Shown one piece after another: positions 1-10,775 of a DNA stretch of 64,000 nucleotides. The DNA comes from Phoronis australis (taxonomy: Eukaryota; Animalia; Phoronida): positions 331,126-395,125 of the forward strand of contig NMRA01000258.1 in NCBI GenBank assembly GCA_002633005.1, given 5' to 3'. The notes beneath the pieces were generated by a model, which ran no database searches, was not told the DNA's origin, and saw nothing but the letters and a program-made list of their open reading frames with translations. Every line of letters begins with the position of its first letter. The stretch's first letter is position 1. A program made the translations under genes and the position numbers.

Positions 1-868
1 GGTCAGTGAGCTGGTGTCTGTGCTTCTCTATCTCCTCCGCAATCTTTCTCTAGTCATCCTTGTCCAGGTCCATTACTCCCTTCTTGTACTTATTCTTTTT
101 CCTGTCACTCCACTACGTGACGTTTGCTCTTCACCACCTTCATTCCACTTATGTTCTCCATGGCAGGATCAAGGTGCGCACACCCAACGAAACTCTTTAA
201 CCACATGACCACTTAATTGCTCGGCTCTCATTAAAATGCTTCTTATAACCCAAGAACCTTTTACTCCATTGATATACGGTACGCCTGTTCTTAGAGTAGA
301 ACAGATACTACAGTCTTGTCATCCACGTGTGCAGCTTCGAGTGGAACTTTTTGGCATTATTGGACAGGTGTTCCATCCACAACAAACTTCAAAATATACT
401 TCGAAAGAACTCTGTCACGCTGCTAAACTTGGTATAAATTTCTTGCCAGAAATGCTTGGCACCTTAGTCGAATGCTTATCGCACTTTTGTCGAAGTTTCT
501 CGTAGTTTAGGTTGACGTTATTGCGCTTAGTCGTTTATTGTTTAAGTTACGTGCAAATTGTGAAAATTAAGACATCGAACATGGAGGCGCTATTGTATTC
601 TCGGCCAAAATAATTTCCACGTCGTTTGGTTTGTTTTGAAGACTGCCACACCAGCGCAGGTGCCGTACACAATTATGGTGACCTGCTACGAAGAAACAGG
701 TCTCCTTGAGACAGGGTTGTTGAAGGACCAAGTTTAGGTAAACCACCACCTCTTCATAAGACTTGGCCCCATTTGAGTATACATGGAGTTACACCATGGC
801 TGTGATGAGATTGTAAACCTACAGAGCATCGGTTCAAGCCTTACCGTTCACTACACTGGAGTGTAACA

Positions 869-1508
869 GGTTAATATTCCCATGGCCCATGCCACCACTC
901 CGAAAAAACAGCTACTCCGAAGGTCGTCTACTCCGAAAAAACACCGTTACTACGACTTTTTACTCGATCTTCCTAAATTTTCTCAAAATTTCACGAATGA
1001 TTTATTAATTTGTTACTAACTAACAAAATACCCAAACAAAAATAAACTTGGACAATGAAGTCCAATGACTTATTTCTGCCATTATTACTGTCTTTGTAGT
1101 TAACAACTCTTGTATCCTATCTTCTTTGAAGTTCACTTGATCGAGAGAAAATTTATCATATGCGCGCACCCAAGGGGGGTGGCTCGGAGAGCTCGAACGA
1201 GCCCCCCCCCCCCNNCCCCCCCCCCCCCCATTTGGCGAAGTGGACAAAAACGTTCGCCTCAAATCCACTGAGAAAACTAGACAAAAGTCCATTAAAAAGG
1301 CACTGAACGTGATATCCCGTTTTTAGTCCCCTTTTTTATGTTTGTAAAAGGTCTACATTGCCAAAAATTCGAGCCCCCCATATTTTAGACTGGGTGCGCG
1401 CATGTATTAGATTATAAAATAAAACAAATGCGTTCATATTTGGAGGAGACGTGGGTTTCTTCGGAGTAGAGGTTTTTCGGAGTATTTTTGGAGTAATGGG
1501 CAGTAACC
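869..1508. mobile_element. Possible non-autonomous DNA transposon (MITE) with subterminal inverted repeats
   Basis: Three C(T/C)ACTCCGAA units at ~893-937 are mirrored by TTCGGAGTA units at ~1460-1495; the ends are GGTTA.../...TAACC. No TSD established. Contains NN at 1214-1215. Confidence 0.35.
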
Positions 1509-2482
1509 ATACTAGACGCACGAGCATTGAACTGCTGATGGTATGTGCATTTCCATGCCATACAACCCTCATGAAATTTGTGATCAAACTGTTTGGCCAA
1601 CTATAGTACATGTATGTAATAGTGAGCATTTTGAAAATATATCCTGAAGAGGTTAACGAAGGAAATGAAAAATAATGAGTTAAAAACTAGACCTAAATGA
1701 CAGAAGGCTGCCAGGCAGTTTTGACCTTTGACCTCTGGTTTGACCTTGAAAATGACCCTGTATTAATAAAATAACACCAGAAATGGGCTTCCCAACACAG
1801 AAAATGGTATAAACTGTGTATTACATGACCCTGTTAGTCATCAAGTTGAAAAAACAAAGTTGGTCGAAATTCAAAATGGCGAAAACCGCCATCTTGATTT
1901 GCAAAAAATGCTCAAAGTTGCACTAAGTGCAACCAAGCTAATTTTGTTCAAAAAACTTTACAGTAATCAACATTGCAGGGTTCACTATGGGAGCTATTGG
2001 GCTGGCAACTAGACTATACAACCTGCAAACCACTCCGAGATCAGTTTGCAAGTTAGCGGTAAGTTATCTTTTTCTTAACTCTTCACTTTACAAATTCTTT
2101 TTTTAAATTTCGTTTCACGTAGTTGGTGCTCGATCCTTTGTTGTTTTTGATCTACCGTCTATATTTGATATGCAACATTTTATATCCTTTTTTCTTTTTT
2201 TTTAATTTATTTTTTTTTATTTTGTATATTATACATCATCTGAAGTTGTCTAAAATTTCTGTACCAACACCACCTCTGTGGTAAGTTTAACATTAATAAT
2301 TCCGATTATTCCAATATTTTTATTTTCTTTTTCCATAACCAAACATTAACACACGTCAATAACCAATATCCCAAATTCAATCTAAAAATCTCCGTAGCTT
2401 AAATACATATAGGTTACAATGGGCGTTCACACCTTGAATATAAATGTAAATACGTGTACGAGTTGCTATTACATTGATCCGT

Positions 2483-2921
2483 TCACAAATTCCGAAACAC
2501 AGAGATCGTTAGTTTTAGTGTCTTTATTAAACAAATTCTCGACAAAGTCCATGCTCCATCCTCGGCAACGATACAACAAATAAAATATACAATATTGTCC
2601 ACAAACTGTCGACGAAAGTCCCTGAAGTTGTCTGGTCTGAGTTGTCCATCACTTCGTATTCTTGTCCAGAAAATCTCGCAAGTGGTCCGATAGCGGTCCC
2701 AAGCCGTACGAGTCAAAATATTCTCCTTTTCCATCCTGGGTTAGATAAATAGCCACCCAGTGTGTTCCAGGTTTGTGGCTAGGAGCGTAGTTGCAAACGT
2801 AAGCATGCGGATGTGAAACGACACCGAGGTTACACAATTCATCACTCGCAAGACAACCGCCAAAGACCGGTCCCACAAAGTCATCGGTTTCTAGAATTGC
2901 AGTAATCTGATCAGTCCTCAT
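2483..2921 (-). pseudogene. Polinton adenain-like cysteine (maturation) protease, frameshifted
   Basis: PGTHWVAIY (His) and EYFDSYG (Asp), then after a frameshift SSTVCGQYCIFYLLYRCRG (catalytic Cys). Its ATG overlaps the capsid stop (ATGA at 2921-2918). Confidence 0.9.
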
Positions 2922-4003
2922 GGTGTGAAATCAAACAAGACGTTTCTAGCTCCGTCAATTTCCACAATGTTCTCAAACTCGGCATAAGAAACGGCGTTTA
3001 TGGTAGAAGGCAGCGCCGGTGCGAAATGAACTTCCAAACGGAGGTTTCGTTGCTTTATGAGGTTAAAGTGATCTCCATCCGATAATCAGACGTAATCAGA
3101 CGTCCTATGTCGTTACCTCATTCGTCCTCGTAATTCTGTCCCGTCTCGAAAACAAGGTGGTGAAAGCTCTAACGAACGTTGATTGATCAAATATCGGTTG
3201 TAGTGGTTTAGAAGGAGCTTGTACCCCGTCGACGTAAAGAGAGAGATATTTAATGTTCTAATGTTTGAAATTGAAAGGGTTTTTGGCATCACAAAAGCCC
3301 ACAAAGACCCTCTTAGGAATTTGACCTAAAAACAAATTCTCTTGCGTCATAGACAAATGTCCGGGGCTGGGATTGAAAACACTTTGCATTCGACGCTCCA
3401 GACATATCTTTATGTCAGCGTTGTTGAGTAGGTATTTGTCTTGCATAAATATGTCACTGTGCAGTTTCCCTTTCATGTCGATGGTAGTGCTTCCTGCTGC
3501 AAGGGCTTTACGCGTCTTGTATCCTAAATTAACGTCGCTTAGGCTGTCAAATTTCACGCTCTTATCCTTGTACCATAGCGCTGCAGTCAAATGTCCTTTC
3601 TTGGCCTCGCTGCCGTAAGACAACAATGTTTCTAAGAAGGCTCTGTAACCGTAAGCGTTGGTTGAAGGAGAAATCAATTTTTCGTTCAAAGAGATGTCCA
3701 CTTGACTGAACATCGAATGTAGCCACAGGTTGGTAGGAGCACAGTCGGCATCAGCGGCGATATCCGATCCATCCGCGTTGGTCATTTTTGCCCTGACGTA
3801 TAATTCTGTGTTTGCCAAATCCACGTATTCGTCACCCGAACCAGACACAAAAAATTGCAGCGGCCCGTCGTCCTTGACGCTAGAGATGGGGTTGTGTTCC
3901 ACCCACTGACCGTGTTCTATACTTGTCTGCGAGTAGGAGGTACGGCAAACAAATCGAGCTCACTTTTGACACACTCACAAGACTTGTCGTGTAGGAAAGT
4001 CAT
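2918..4003 (-). pseudogene. Polinton major capsid protein (double jelly-roll, hexon-like), frameshifted and internally deleted
   Basis: Starts MTFLHDKSCECVKSELDLFAVPPT; core PLQFFVSGSGDEYVDL...LHSMFSQVDISLN...YRAFLETLLSYG; ends LRLEVHFAPALP...YAEFENIVEIDGARNVLFDFTP*. Confidence 0.92.
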
Positions 4004-4004
4004 T

Positions 4005-4451
4005 TTAAGAAAAGATGTCTCTGCGTTGCGATGTTGCTCTTTTGTTTCCTCGTTTTGAACTAACTCTTTTGGTCAATACTCTACGTTTTATGGCCTTGTG
4101 TGGCGTAACCGGGGAGCGTGCACCAAAAAACGAGGAAGCTTTGTCCAACAACTCTCCCCGAAGCCTTCCTGGACCGTTCTATGGCGGCTGCTTTTGCATT
4201 TTTCATTTGCAGCAAGTCACACGCAAAGTCAATTCCAGTCCATAAAGCTTGCTTCCCAATGGCAGCGGCTCCTTTTTTATCAGGGACAGAGCTGAAGGAA
4301 AGAGTTCTCCGATAACGGAACCAATGCCGTGCCCTCTTTGCGTGCGAGCGCCGACAAAAACGAGAAGACCGCTCCCCGCTTGCAAGGTGTAGTAGTAGTC
4401 GTATAGTTGGCGGTTGCTTTTGCAACAATATAAACTTTTAGATCTTTTCAT
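4005..4451 (-). pseudogene. Polinton Gly-rich/basic virion-associated ORF (QxGxG...QRGHGIGS), frameshifted
   Basis: YYTLQAGSGLLVFVGARTQRGHGIGSVIGELF, a basic C-terminus ending RRDIFS*, and its position immediately upstream of the capsid gene as in Polintons. Resembles the ORF called cupiennin-like in adintovirus annotations (from memory). Confidence 0.7.
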
Positions 4452-4523
4452 TATGTGTTGAGCACAGTTGCCTCTTGTAGAAGGAGCTAGGATTCGCGGC
4501 TTATTCAATCTCTTTTATGGGTT

Positions 4524-5242
4524 GTTAAAAATACGAAGTACGGGCACGTCTCAGACAAGAGTGACCACAACCTTGCCACGATTGAACGGAATGACATCAC
4601 CCACATCGTCACTAATGTCAATTTCAATGGTACCGAAGTGATTTCGCTGTAGAGGTTTGAACTGAATGGTCTCAAAAACACGAACTACTGTCTCCGCAGG
4701 CTTTCCTTTCAAGGGGACAATCCTCAACAGCGGTGCGAGTGTGTCTCCCACAACGACCGATTCCACGAGATCACAGTAGACGTAGAGAGCGTAAAATCCT
4801 CGATGAACATCGACCATCTGTGTGGGGTAATAAATACCCGGATCGTCGGTATAACTCTACCGATCGACTCCCAACATGTCTTTTAATTTCGGGCTGAACG
4901 TAATTTCAGCTCCTTTCTTGACACGCATATGCATCTTATTAGTCACGTCGTTGTAACCCTTTTTAATTTTTTGATCTCTTTCTGAACCCCAGGGTTCTTT
5001 AAGCATGGCGTGAACACTCTTGACGAGTTCTTTTGGGCTGTAGTAAAATCCCGGAGCGAGAGTCTTGAGCGCATACCCGTCGTCCTTTCCTAGTTTCGTT
5101 CTCATCCAAACTTCGCCGTGTCTTATGTTGTAGTACCTGTTAGGAAATTGAATTTCTGCATGCCCTGTCTCTGGGAAGCTTAGTCTTAGTTCATGGAGCT
5201 GTTGCTCGGAAGTGTAAGATAGAACACCGATTCAGCTGTCAT
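4524..5242 (-). pseudogene. Polinton minor capsid (penton) protein
   Basis: N-terminus MTAESVFYLTLPSNSSM; C-terminal LYVYCDLVESVVVGDTLAPLLRIV...FGTIEIDISDDVGDVIPFNRGKVVVTL. Contains frameshifts and a deletion. Confidence 0.88.
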
Positions 5243-5440
5243 TCTTGTTTAAAGATGGATTAGGTAAGACGATACCGAGTGAAGCACTAATCAGCGTCAC
5301 CCAAAGAGTCTGCTTGTCGTTCTCTGTTGTCAAATTGTATAAACTCCACAATATGACGGTGAATAGAACGATCATTTGACTGAAAAGACGATTTCCTTCT
5401 TCGGTACTTTTCGTACGAATAACAGCCAGTTTCTCTCTGT
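5232..5440 (-). pseudogene. Small two-transmembrane Polinton ORF
   Basis: Manual translation ...PKKEIVF/SQMIVLFTVILWSLYNLTTENDKQTLWVTLISASLGIVLPNPSLNKNDS*. Its stop overlaps the penton start. Missing from the ORF track. Confidence 0.6.
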
Positions 5441-5523
5441 TATATTACCAAGTTCAAAATTCTCGTCGGGTGCGTAAGTTTGGTTGGAACCCGTGCTAGT
5501 GAATGATAGCAATGGTGTAAGTA

Positions 5524-6893
5524 TCAATTGTTATAGGTGACAAATTGACGCTCGTTAAACCACGAATTGAATGAGTCAGAATATCCCGCCCACTTCACGA
5601 GATATTCAGTCTGCTTTTTTCTTTGACACGTTTTGAGGACGCTCTCCACCTTGTACACGTTTTTTGGCTACCTTTTGTAGCTCTTGTTGGTAAAACGTTC
5701 CTTCGAGTATTTCTCCGTGATCTTCCATCACCGTGTATGTTGTCGGTGTGCTTGAGAGCACTTTATCAATAGTGAAAAATTCTTGAATGCGCTAAATTTC
5801 CCCTTACTCCCAGGTCTCCTAATGTTGTTTATCCATTTTTTCACGACGGAAGTTCTTGATTTGCAGGGAACACATACAAACTCAGATTTTTATCTCTCTT
5901 GTTGTTTTTGAAGCAGCCAGGAACACAACAAGTGTATCCGCCGTAAGTTTTCTTCGCGCTCATACCGCGTATTATGCTTGTTACTATGGCCGCTTTCGGA
6001 ATCCTGACCACAGCACCCACAAAGCACCACTTTTAACCTAATTTCAATATGGCGTCGCTGCAAATCCGCTATTGGGTAAATAGCCCTTCTTGAAAGGACG
6101 CTTTGTCATGCTTATAACAACCCGGTCACCGGTCTTAAATCTCGGTTGGGCCGGCTTCGTATACGATCCGTGAAGAGTCTGCCATACTGTCTCTTGATTG
6201 GCTCGTGTTCCAGACGAGGGTGTGATCTTGATAGATCGGTGAGACGGTGGTACGTGTTGTTGTAGGACCTCACTAGATCGTGTAATACGTCAACGTATCT
6301 CAAGGTGTTTTTAAGACGTAAAAAACTTCCACATTTTTGTTTTTCCAGTGCGATTAAAACTCTCGGCGTTGCTTGCCTTGGTCTCTTCGTTATGGGTAGT
6401 AAAGGAACCAACTCCTTCCTCTTTGAGAAATTTTTGAAAGACACGATTCGTAAACACCGTTCCTTTATCAGTCTGCAAGGTCTTGCATTTTCGTCCAGTG
6501 GCGAAAATAAGTTTGAAAGCTTCAACTAAGCTTTTTTTCTAGGAGTGGAACAGCGAAAGCGTATTTCGAGAGTACATCTATGCAGGTAGGAATGTACCTG
6601 TGACCGTCATTGAATTTTGCCAACTTGGATACGTCTACGAGGTCCGCCTGGAATTGTTGATCAATGGATCCAACGATAACGCGCCGTGTCGTAAAATTTC
6701 TGACCAGAGGTATGTGCCGAAAGTAAGTGCCTTGGTTACTAAGCCAGTTTTTCACAATCCGTTTCTTCAATTTGCCTTTTAGGCCTCGATGAGTGGAGTC
6801 TAATCCTCCAAAACTTCCCGGGTGCCTTGGATCGTAGTACACGCGTCTTAATTTTCCATCAATGTCACTTTGTTTCTTTCCCTTATGTCTCAT
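5524..6893 (-). pseudogene. Polinton retroviral-type (rve) integrase with C-terminal chromodomain, disrupted
   Basis: YYDPRHPGSFGG; QFQADLVD...CIDVLSKYAFAVPL; LQTDKG; YVDVLHDLVRSYNNTYH; FKKGYLPN / QEFFTIDKV...GEILEGTFYQQEL; chromodomain VYKVESVLK...EYLVKWAGYSDSFNSW. Confidence 0.93.
5786..6070. mobile_element. ~285-bp non-coding insertion in the integrase
   Basis: Splits KGYLPN from QEFFTI, which are normally contiguous. The inserted sequence shows no integrase similarity. No clear TSD. Confidence 0.65.
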
Positions 6894-6975
6894 TGCGAAT
6901 GACAGGTCTAGTTGGTGTCGGTCGTTAATATGGGGTCCAACGCGGTCGCGATACAACCGTTTTTCGTTTCTTTAT

Positions 6976-7537
6976 TTAGGGAGTCGTTTCCATGCTCTCT
7001 TGTACTAACGACCAACGTTCTTTATTTCCAATAAGTTCCCGTGGAACTTTCGCATTTCTCAATTCCTGAGAAAATTCTTTCAAGCCCGATGGTGCCGTCC
7101 GTTTTCGTTTCCTGAGAACGTCATTCAAGAGATCAGTGATGTTCGAATATTCAATGGGTGATCCGTCAATGTAGATACGACCTCGTTCGTCCCAGCTCAT
7201 TCTCGTATTCTTCTTAATCTTTTGCAGCAGCAACTGGGCCTTACGACGCATAGAGAAAAAATCCATTGTTTTAGAAATATTCTTTCCTCGTTTTTATCTT
7301 CGGCCGGCTTCAAGTTGATTCTCTTATTTCCACTTTTACGGGTTGATTCATTTTGTCGTGGTAGGTGACAAATCGCCGAAGAATCTGGTTGTACATTTTC
7401 ACTTTCTGACTCTCATCAACGTCTTTCCGCGATTTTTGCATGTCTGGGTCCAACCCACTCAAAGCTTTGACGGGAAGGCTAGGGGGCGATTTAGGTGTGT
7501 AGAGTGATTCTAATAAGCGAAGTTCAACGAGAGCCAT
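6976..7537 (-). pseudogene. Conserved uncharacterised Polinton ORF (gasderminX-type in adintovirus annotations), frameshifted
   Basis: KVKMYNQILRRF...KAQLLL...SWDERGRIYIDGSPIEYSNITDLLND...PSGLKEFSQELRNAKVPRELIGNKERW, directly upstream of the integrase. Confidence 0.7.
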
Positions 7538-7539
7538 GA

Positions 7540-10087
7540 GTGATTAAGCGCAACAATCATTTTATGTGCTTAACAACAGACCAATTTCTCGACGTTGTCA
7601 ATTCCTTGGCCCCAGGTCGTATCTACGCAAAATTTTTGCAGGCGTTCGAGACGACAGAATTGAAAGGTTTCTTTCCTACCAGTACGTAGATAACTTGGGT
7701 AAACTAGAGGAAACGGTTCTACCACCGCAAACGGCTTTTTACAGCAGTTTGAAAGAGGAGGGGATAAGCGACGACAGACAACAACATGAAGGGTCTGAAA
7801 GATTTTTTGGTATGGTACAATAACAAAGACACCGGACCCATCTGAAAGCCGTCGATACCATGGCAGCATTCAACAGGGAAAAGGGCGTCGACCTTTTCAA
7901 GGATGGCATAAGCCTGCCCCGACTGACCATGAAGATTCTGTTCAAAAATAGAAAAACACAAAGACTTGTATTATACCTTTAAACAGAATATCATCGGAGG
8001 TCCTAGTATTGTTTTCCACAGATACCACGAAAAGGGAAAGATGTTTATACGCCAGAGGGAGGTGGAGAAAGCGGGAAAAATACCAAAGACGGTGTCAAAG
8101 ATTCTGGGTTTCGACGTAAATGCTTTTACGTTCGCAACATGATGCATGAACGAGCAACCGACCGGACCGTTTATTCGTCGTAGGCAAGAAAGCAATTTCC
8201 AACGAGAATTTTCCCACCCTAAAGCACGAAAGGCAACGGCTTGGTTGGATTACGTAGCGTGGTAATGAGGAACCAGTATCCGTCACCAGTTCAACGGGGT
8301 TGAAAAAAGGGTGGGTCAGCGTCGTATTCCAGTGGACGGTTTCTGTCGTCAGCCGCACAAAGTGTTCCAATTCCAAGGATGTTACTGGCACGGCCACGAC
8401 TTTCGTCTCACGAAAAATGACGACGGGACTTCGAGGACGAGGAACGAAACTCGAAACGTCGCCATGAGCAAACGGAAAACACCAGAAAAATTAGACTATA
8501 TCATCGATCAAGGCTTTGATTACGAAGAGATTTGGGAATGCGAATTTGAGGATTTGAAACGGCAAGACGATACCCTAAGTTCTTTTCTCAGAAGACGAGA
8601 ATTGTCCATGGAACGTTTCTGCTACTTGAAGAGCGAACAAATAAAATCATTCGTTCTAGACGGCACTCTGTTCGGGGTTGTGGAGTGTGACATCGAAGTT
8701 CCGAGCCATCTGAGAGATCACTTTTCAGAAATGCAGCCTATATTCAAGAACGTAGACATCACCAGAGACGACCTAGGAGACTTTATGAGGGAGTATGCCG
8801 AGAAAAACAAAATCATGAGCCGACCACGACAATCTCTGTTAGGAAGTTTCTTCTGTTGGCGACCTCGCTTCTGAAATGGTACTTGGAACACGGCCTGGAG
8901 ATAACAAACGTCTATCAAGTGGTCGAATTTGCTCCATTAAAATGCTTCGAGCGTTTTGGTGAGCAAGTCAGCGGCGCTAGGCGGGAAGGGGACAAAGACA
9001 AAAACAAAGCGATCGTAGCGCAAACGATGATTGAAACTCATACGGAACAGCGCGTATTATGGTAAGACGATAACGAATCTAGAAAGACATCGTGACGTGA
9101 ACTGAATCATATTGCGGAGAGGCTAAGGCTCAACGGGAAGTCCAGTTCCCGGAATTTAGACAAGTCAACTACATCGGGGACGGAACCTACATATTGGAGA
9201 TGAAAAAGAAGACCATCAGTCTGAACCTGTCACCTCAACAAGGCTTTTTCGTTTATCAGTACGCAAAGATGCGCATGTTGGAGTTTTAATACGACTTCAT
9301 GTTAAGGTTCGTTGACAGATCCGATTTCGAATATTGCGAAATGGCATGACGGCGACATCCCGTTGCTCCCAACTTGGCGATTGTATAGCCCAACAACAAG
9401 TTGGGAAGTTTATCCCCCGTAGCCAATTAACTCCATTCTGGCGTTGATGGTTGCAGGGCCTGCGCTCTTTTGTTTGATAATTGCTCTAATCTCCGATCAG
9501 ATCGTATCTAGCCTGACTGGAGTGGGCTGATAAAAATGAAAGTTAAGTTAAGCCAGATATTATCGCACGTTCAGCACCCCTCACGTCTGGAAAAGTTACT
9601 GAACGACAGGGCGCTGTAATGGACACGGACTCGGCGTACATGGCTATATCCGGTAACTGTCTTGAGGACGTGATTAAACCAGACATTCGAGCAGCCTTCG
9701 AGTGGGAAAAACATCTTTGGTTTCCGTGAACGGACACGGAAGAAAACGAAGCTTACAACACGCGCACGCCCGGCTTATTGAAACTGGAATTTGAAGGGGA
9801 CTACTGTATCGCCCTTTGCTCTAAAACATATTACGTGGGGGCGGACGACGGTCAATCCCATTTTAGCTGTAAAGGAGTGCAAAGACAAAGAAATGAAATC
9901 GACAAGGCGAGGTATCTTAAAGTATTACAGACCACAAAGAGTAGCTCGGCCCCCAACAAAGGATTCCGGTTAATCGGTGATAACACTATGTATACCTACC
10001 TGCAAGAGAGGTGCGCGTTCACCTACTTTTATCCCAATTAAAAAGACGTTCGACGACGGCGTCACCACTGGACCTTTGAACATTTAA
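7540..10087 (+). pseudogene. Protein-primed family B DNA polymerase (pPolB), 5'-truncated, many stops and frameshifts
   Basis: VIKRNNHFMC...KGFFP/YQYVDNLGKLEETVLPPQTAFYSSLK; NIIGGPSIVFHRYHE; motif A GFDVNA; motif B KLIRNSAYYGKT; motif C EM|DTDSAY; PGLLKLEF...ALCSKTYY...SCKGV; ends DDGVTTGPLNI*. Confidence 0.93.
9345..9617. mobile_element. 273-bp insertion with 5-bp TSD in pPolB motif C
   Basis: Flanked by AATGG at 9340-9344 and 9618-9622. Removing it restores F-E-Y-C-E-M-D-T-D-S-A-Y. Confidence 0.8.
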
Positions 10088-10489
10088 TTCGGACATTTGA
10101 TAAGTTTGCTACAGACTACTTTTCTGAACGATTTTTGTAGTGTATTCGAATGATGATTTTTGCAGTGTTGGTTTGTCATTAATACACGTTTAAACGCTAT
10201 CGGTTTTATGTTCTGTGTTAGCTGGTCCCCTTTGGTATTATTAGTACGATTCGCTTAGTACCGTCAGGTCCTGGGTTAGACTTTACGCGACATCTGTTGT
10301 TGAGTTGGGTGGTTATCCCCTTTTGTATACGCCTTTGTTTTTGATCAATGAGACAGAACAAACAATATACAACGACGACACTCGGCGCACACGAAATAAG
10401 TTTTGTTCTTATTCAGCAGCGTCATCCCTCTTTTGTTTCAGTGTCGATCCGTTGCAAGGTGCCTCTCTAGCGGGACTCATTAAACCTAT

Positions 10490-10634
10490 TACGTCATGAG
10501 GGGTGACGTCATTGACACATGCGTCCGGTAGGCGGATGGTATCCCACGTGACCTTTGACCTTTTCCTTTCGCATGGTTGACCTTTGACCGAGGAGCCGCT
10601 GAAACGGGGCGTCTAAACCTCTTACTATACTACT
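10490..10634 (-). repeat. Putative Polinton terminal inverted repeat (right end)
   Basis: Ends ...CTTACTATACTACT (reverse complement AGTAGTATAGTAAG). GC-richer than the flanks, with TGACGTCA and two TGACCTTTGACC. The partner TIR is not in the window and the inner boundary is approximate. Confidence 0.65.
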
Positions 10635-10775
10635 AACACAGTACGGTAAAATTATTGATGTGCAGTTTGAATCACTGGCTTTCCTTGAGGTCGGTGTTTC
10701 TTAGTATATGAAAATGACCATGCGGGTTACACGCTTCTTTTCTTGTTCATCTTGAGGTAGAGTGGTGTTGTCAGC

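Larger units (their letters stand above)
2483..10634. mobile_element. Degenerate Polinton/Maverick (adintovirus-like endogenous viral element)
   Basis: Co-located pseudogenes for adenain protease, major and minor capsid, retroviral-type integrase and protein-primed PolB. The right end reads AGTAGTATAGT on the minus strand (10634 downward), like the Polinton AGT-repeat terminus. No left terminus found, so the left coordinate is the last recognisable gene. Confidence 0.95.

Noticed and set aside
1-560. Possible coding remnant at the window start
   Set aside because: Stops in the frames I translated and no recognisable motif; cannot be assigned.
1640-2480. Left Polinton TIR
   Set aside because: No AACACA-AGTAGTATAGT match found. 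The TGACCTTTGACC at ~1722 is a common repeat motif and the flanks do not align with 10490-10634.
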